NCBI GenBank assembly: GCA_977020255.1
Contig: CDROCS010002749.1
Location: forward strand, 1-64,000
Origin: Obrimoposthia wandeli
Taxonomy: Eukaryota
Direction of reading: 5' to 3'
Length of the DNA: 64,000 nt
Made by a program: the position numbers and the translations under genes. Below, piece by piece: positions 62,809 to 64,000 of this stretch (the stretch's first letter is position 1; each line of letters opens with the position of its first letter). The notes beneath the pieces were generated by a model. That model made no database searches. It saw only the letters and a program-made list of their open reading frames with translations, and was not told where the DNA came from.

Positions 62809-63693
62809 TTGATGTCTGCAAGTTTAGTCAATGGCCAAGCGACGCAAAAACTAGATCATGACGACCGTGGTTTAAGCTATGGCGATGGCCTTTTTGAAAC
62901 TATTCAAGTGCTTAATGGCAAGCCTCTTTTATGGAATGCGCACTTACAGCGAATGAAAGCTGGTGCTGCACGTTTAAAAATACCTTTCGACGATCAACTA
63001 AGCAGCAGTTTTGCGAGGGACTTTAAAGTTCTAGCAAGAGGGCAGCCAGTTGATGCGGTGTTAAAGCTAACGTTAACCCGTGGCAAAGGTGAACGGGGTT
63101 ACAAAGCACCTCTTGAACCAGTTGTTACTCGTATAAGCAGCTTAACAATTAAATCAAGTCCCGCCAAAAAAATTAGTATAATTTCAAAAGAGCTAACTCA
63201 ACAAGGCATAACTATTTGTATATGTGAAACTGCGTTAGCTAGGCAGCCTTTACTGGCGGGCATTAAGCATTTAAATCGCTTAGAGCAAGTGATAGCGCGC
63301 AGCGAATGGCATGAATCGCAATTTAGTGAAGGTTTAGTGTGTGATACTCAAGGCTATTTAGTTGAAGGCTGTATGAGTAACGTATTTTGGATAAAGGAGG
63401 GAGTGCTGTACACGCCGCAGCTATCGTTTGCGGGTGTTGAAGGAGTGATACGTAATGCCATCATTGAAATATGTACCCGAGATCATTTAATCAATGTTGA
63501 GCAAGGGTATTATAAAATAGAACAATTATTTGCAGCTGATGAAGTCTTCGTTTGTAACAGCGTTTTTGATATCAAAGCTGTTAGCAGAATCTGTATTGAG
63601 CAGGAAAGCTCTCATTACATTGAATTTAATATTGGATTAATGACAAAATTGCTGCAACAGAAATTGCAGCAGTATTATTTAAAGGAAACCTAG
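62809..63693 (+). CDS. pabC: Aminodeoxychorismate lyase
   Basis: DRGLSYGDGLFET, LAGIKHLNRLEQV, EGCMSNVF, GVEGVIR. Confidence 0.93.
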   Translation: MMSASLVNGQATQKLDHDDRGLSYGDGLFETIQVLNGKPLLWNAHLQRMKAGAARLKIPFDDQLSSSFARDFKVLARGQPVDAVLKLTLTRGKGERGYKAPLEPVVTRISSLTIKSSPAKKISIISKELTQQGITICICETALARQPLLAGIKHLNRLEQVIARSEWHESQFSEGLVCDTQGYLVEGCMSNVFWIKEGVLYTPQLSFAGVEGVIRNAIIEICTRDHLINVEQGYYKIEQLFAADEVFVCNSVFDIKAVSRICIEQESSHYIEFNIGLMTKLLQQKLQQYYLKET

Positions 63694-64000
63694 TGTTGAA
63701 AAGGTTTGTAACATCTGTATTTTTACTTGTATTGTGTGGCGCAGGACTTGGTTATTATCTGTGGCAAGATATTCATAAGGTTATGTCGCAAAGTGTTTAT
63801 ACTCAAGCAAATGACAAAACGTTTGTGATTAAGCGCGGTGTGGGATTTAAGCGTTTAACGGCGCAGCTCAAAGCTGAAAAATTAATTGCTAATGACATGT
63901 ATTTCAACTTGTACGCTAAATACTATCAGTATGGTCGCAAGATAAAAGCGGGTGAGTATTTGATAGCTTCAGGTTCATCGCCTGTCGATTTACTGAAGCT
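63693..64000 (+). CDS. mltG: Endolytic transglycosylase MltG (YceG); truncated by the window edge
   Basis: Not in the ORF track. The GTG at 63693 overlaps the pabC stop; VLKRFVTSVFLLVLCGAGLGYYLW...IKAGEYLI; canonical position after pabC. Confidence 0.9.
   Translation, partial: MLKRFVTSVFLLVLCGAGLGYYLWQDIHKVMSQSVYTQANDKTFVIKRGVGFKRLTAQLKAEKLIANDMYFNLYAKYYQYGRKIKAGEYLIASGSSPVDLLK

Noticed and set aside
1-64000. tRNA, rRNA, integrase/att sites, prophage, defence systems
   Set aside because: None recognisable by eye on either strand; tRNAscan-SE, Infernal and DefenseFinder would be needed to exclude them formally.

Overview
64 kb of AT-rich chromosome from a marine gammaproteobacterium. The asd-usg-fimV-truA-trpF-accD-folC-dedD-cvpA-purF order and plsX-fabD without fabH suggest a Pseudomonas/Oceanospirillales-type lineage (inference). 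Four zones: (i) 1-17 kb is a sulfur locus with a TauR-controlled taurine catabolism cluster (DMT transporter <- tpa, tauR, xsc, pta -> <- BASS symporter), followed by cysK and metH and containing three different MITEs. (ii) 17-40 kb is an accessory signalling region with three chemoreceptors, an IS4 remnant, a TetR/PaaK-like/enoyl-CoA hydratase operon, a stand-alone hflX and eroded ORFs. It also holds the best novel-system candidate, a four-gene operon at 24.0-29.2 kb: a coiled-coil protein, a membrane protein with a putative longin/roadblock-like cytoplasmic domain and a periplasmic OmpA-like domain, a eukaryote-like Rab/Ras small GTPase, and a c-di-GMP phosphodiesterase. (iii) minCDE. (iv) 42.5-64 kb is ordinary core genome (asd to purF, dusC, yceF, yceD-rpmF-plsX-fabDG-acpP-fabF-pabC-mltG). 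No rRNA, tRNA or CRISPR array was seen. All family assignments come from motif recognition by eye, with no database search.
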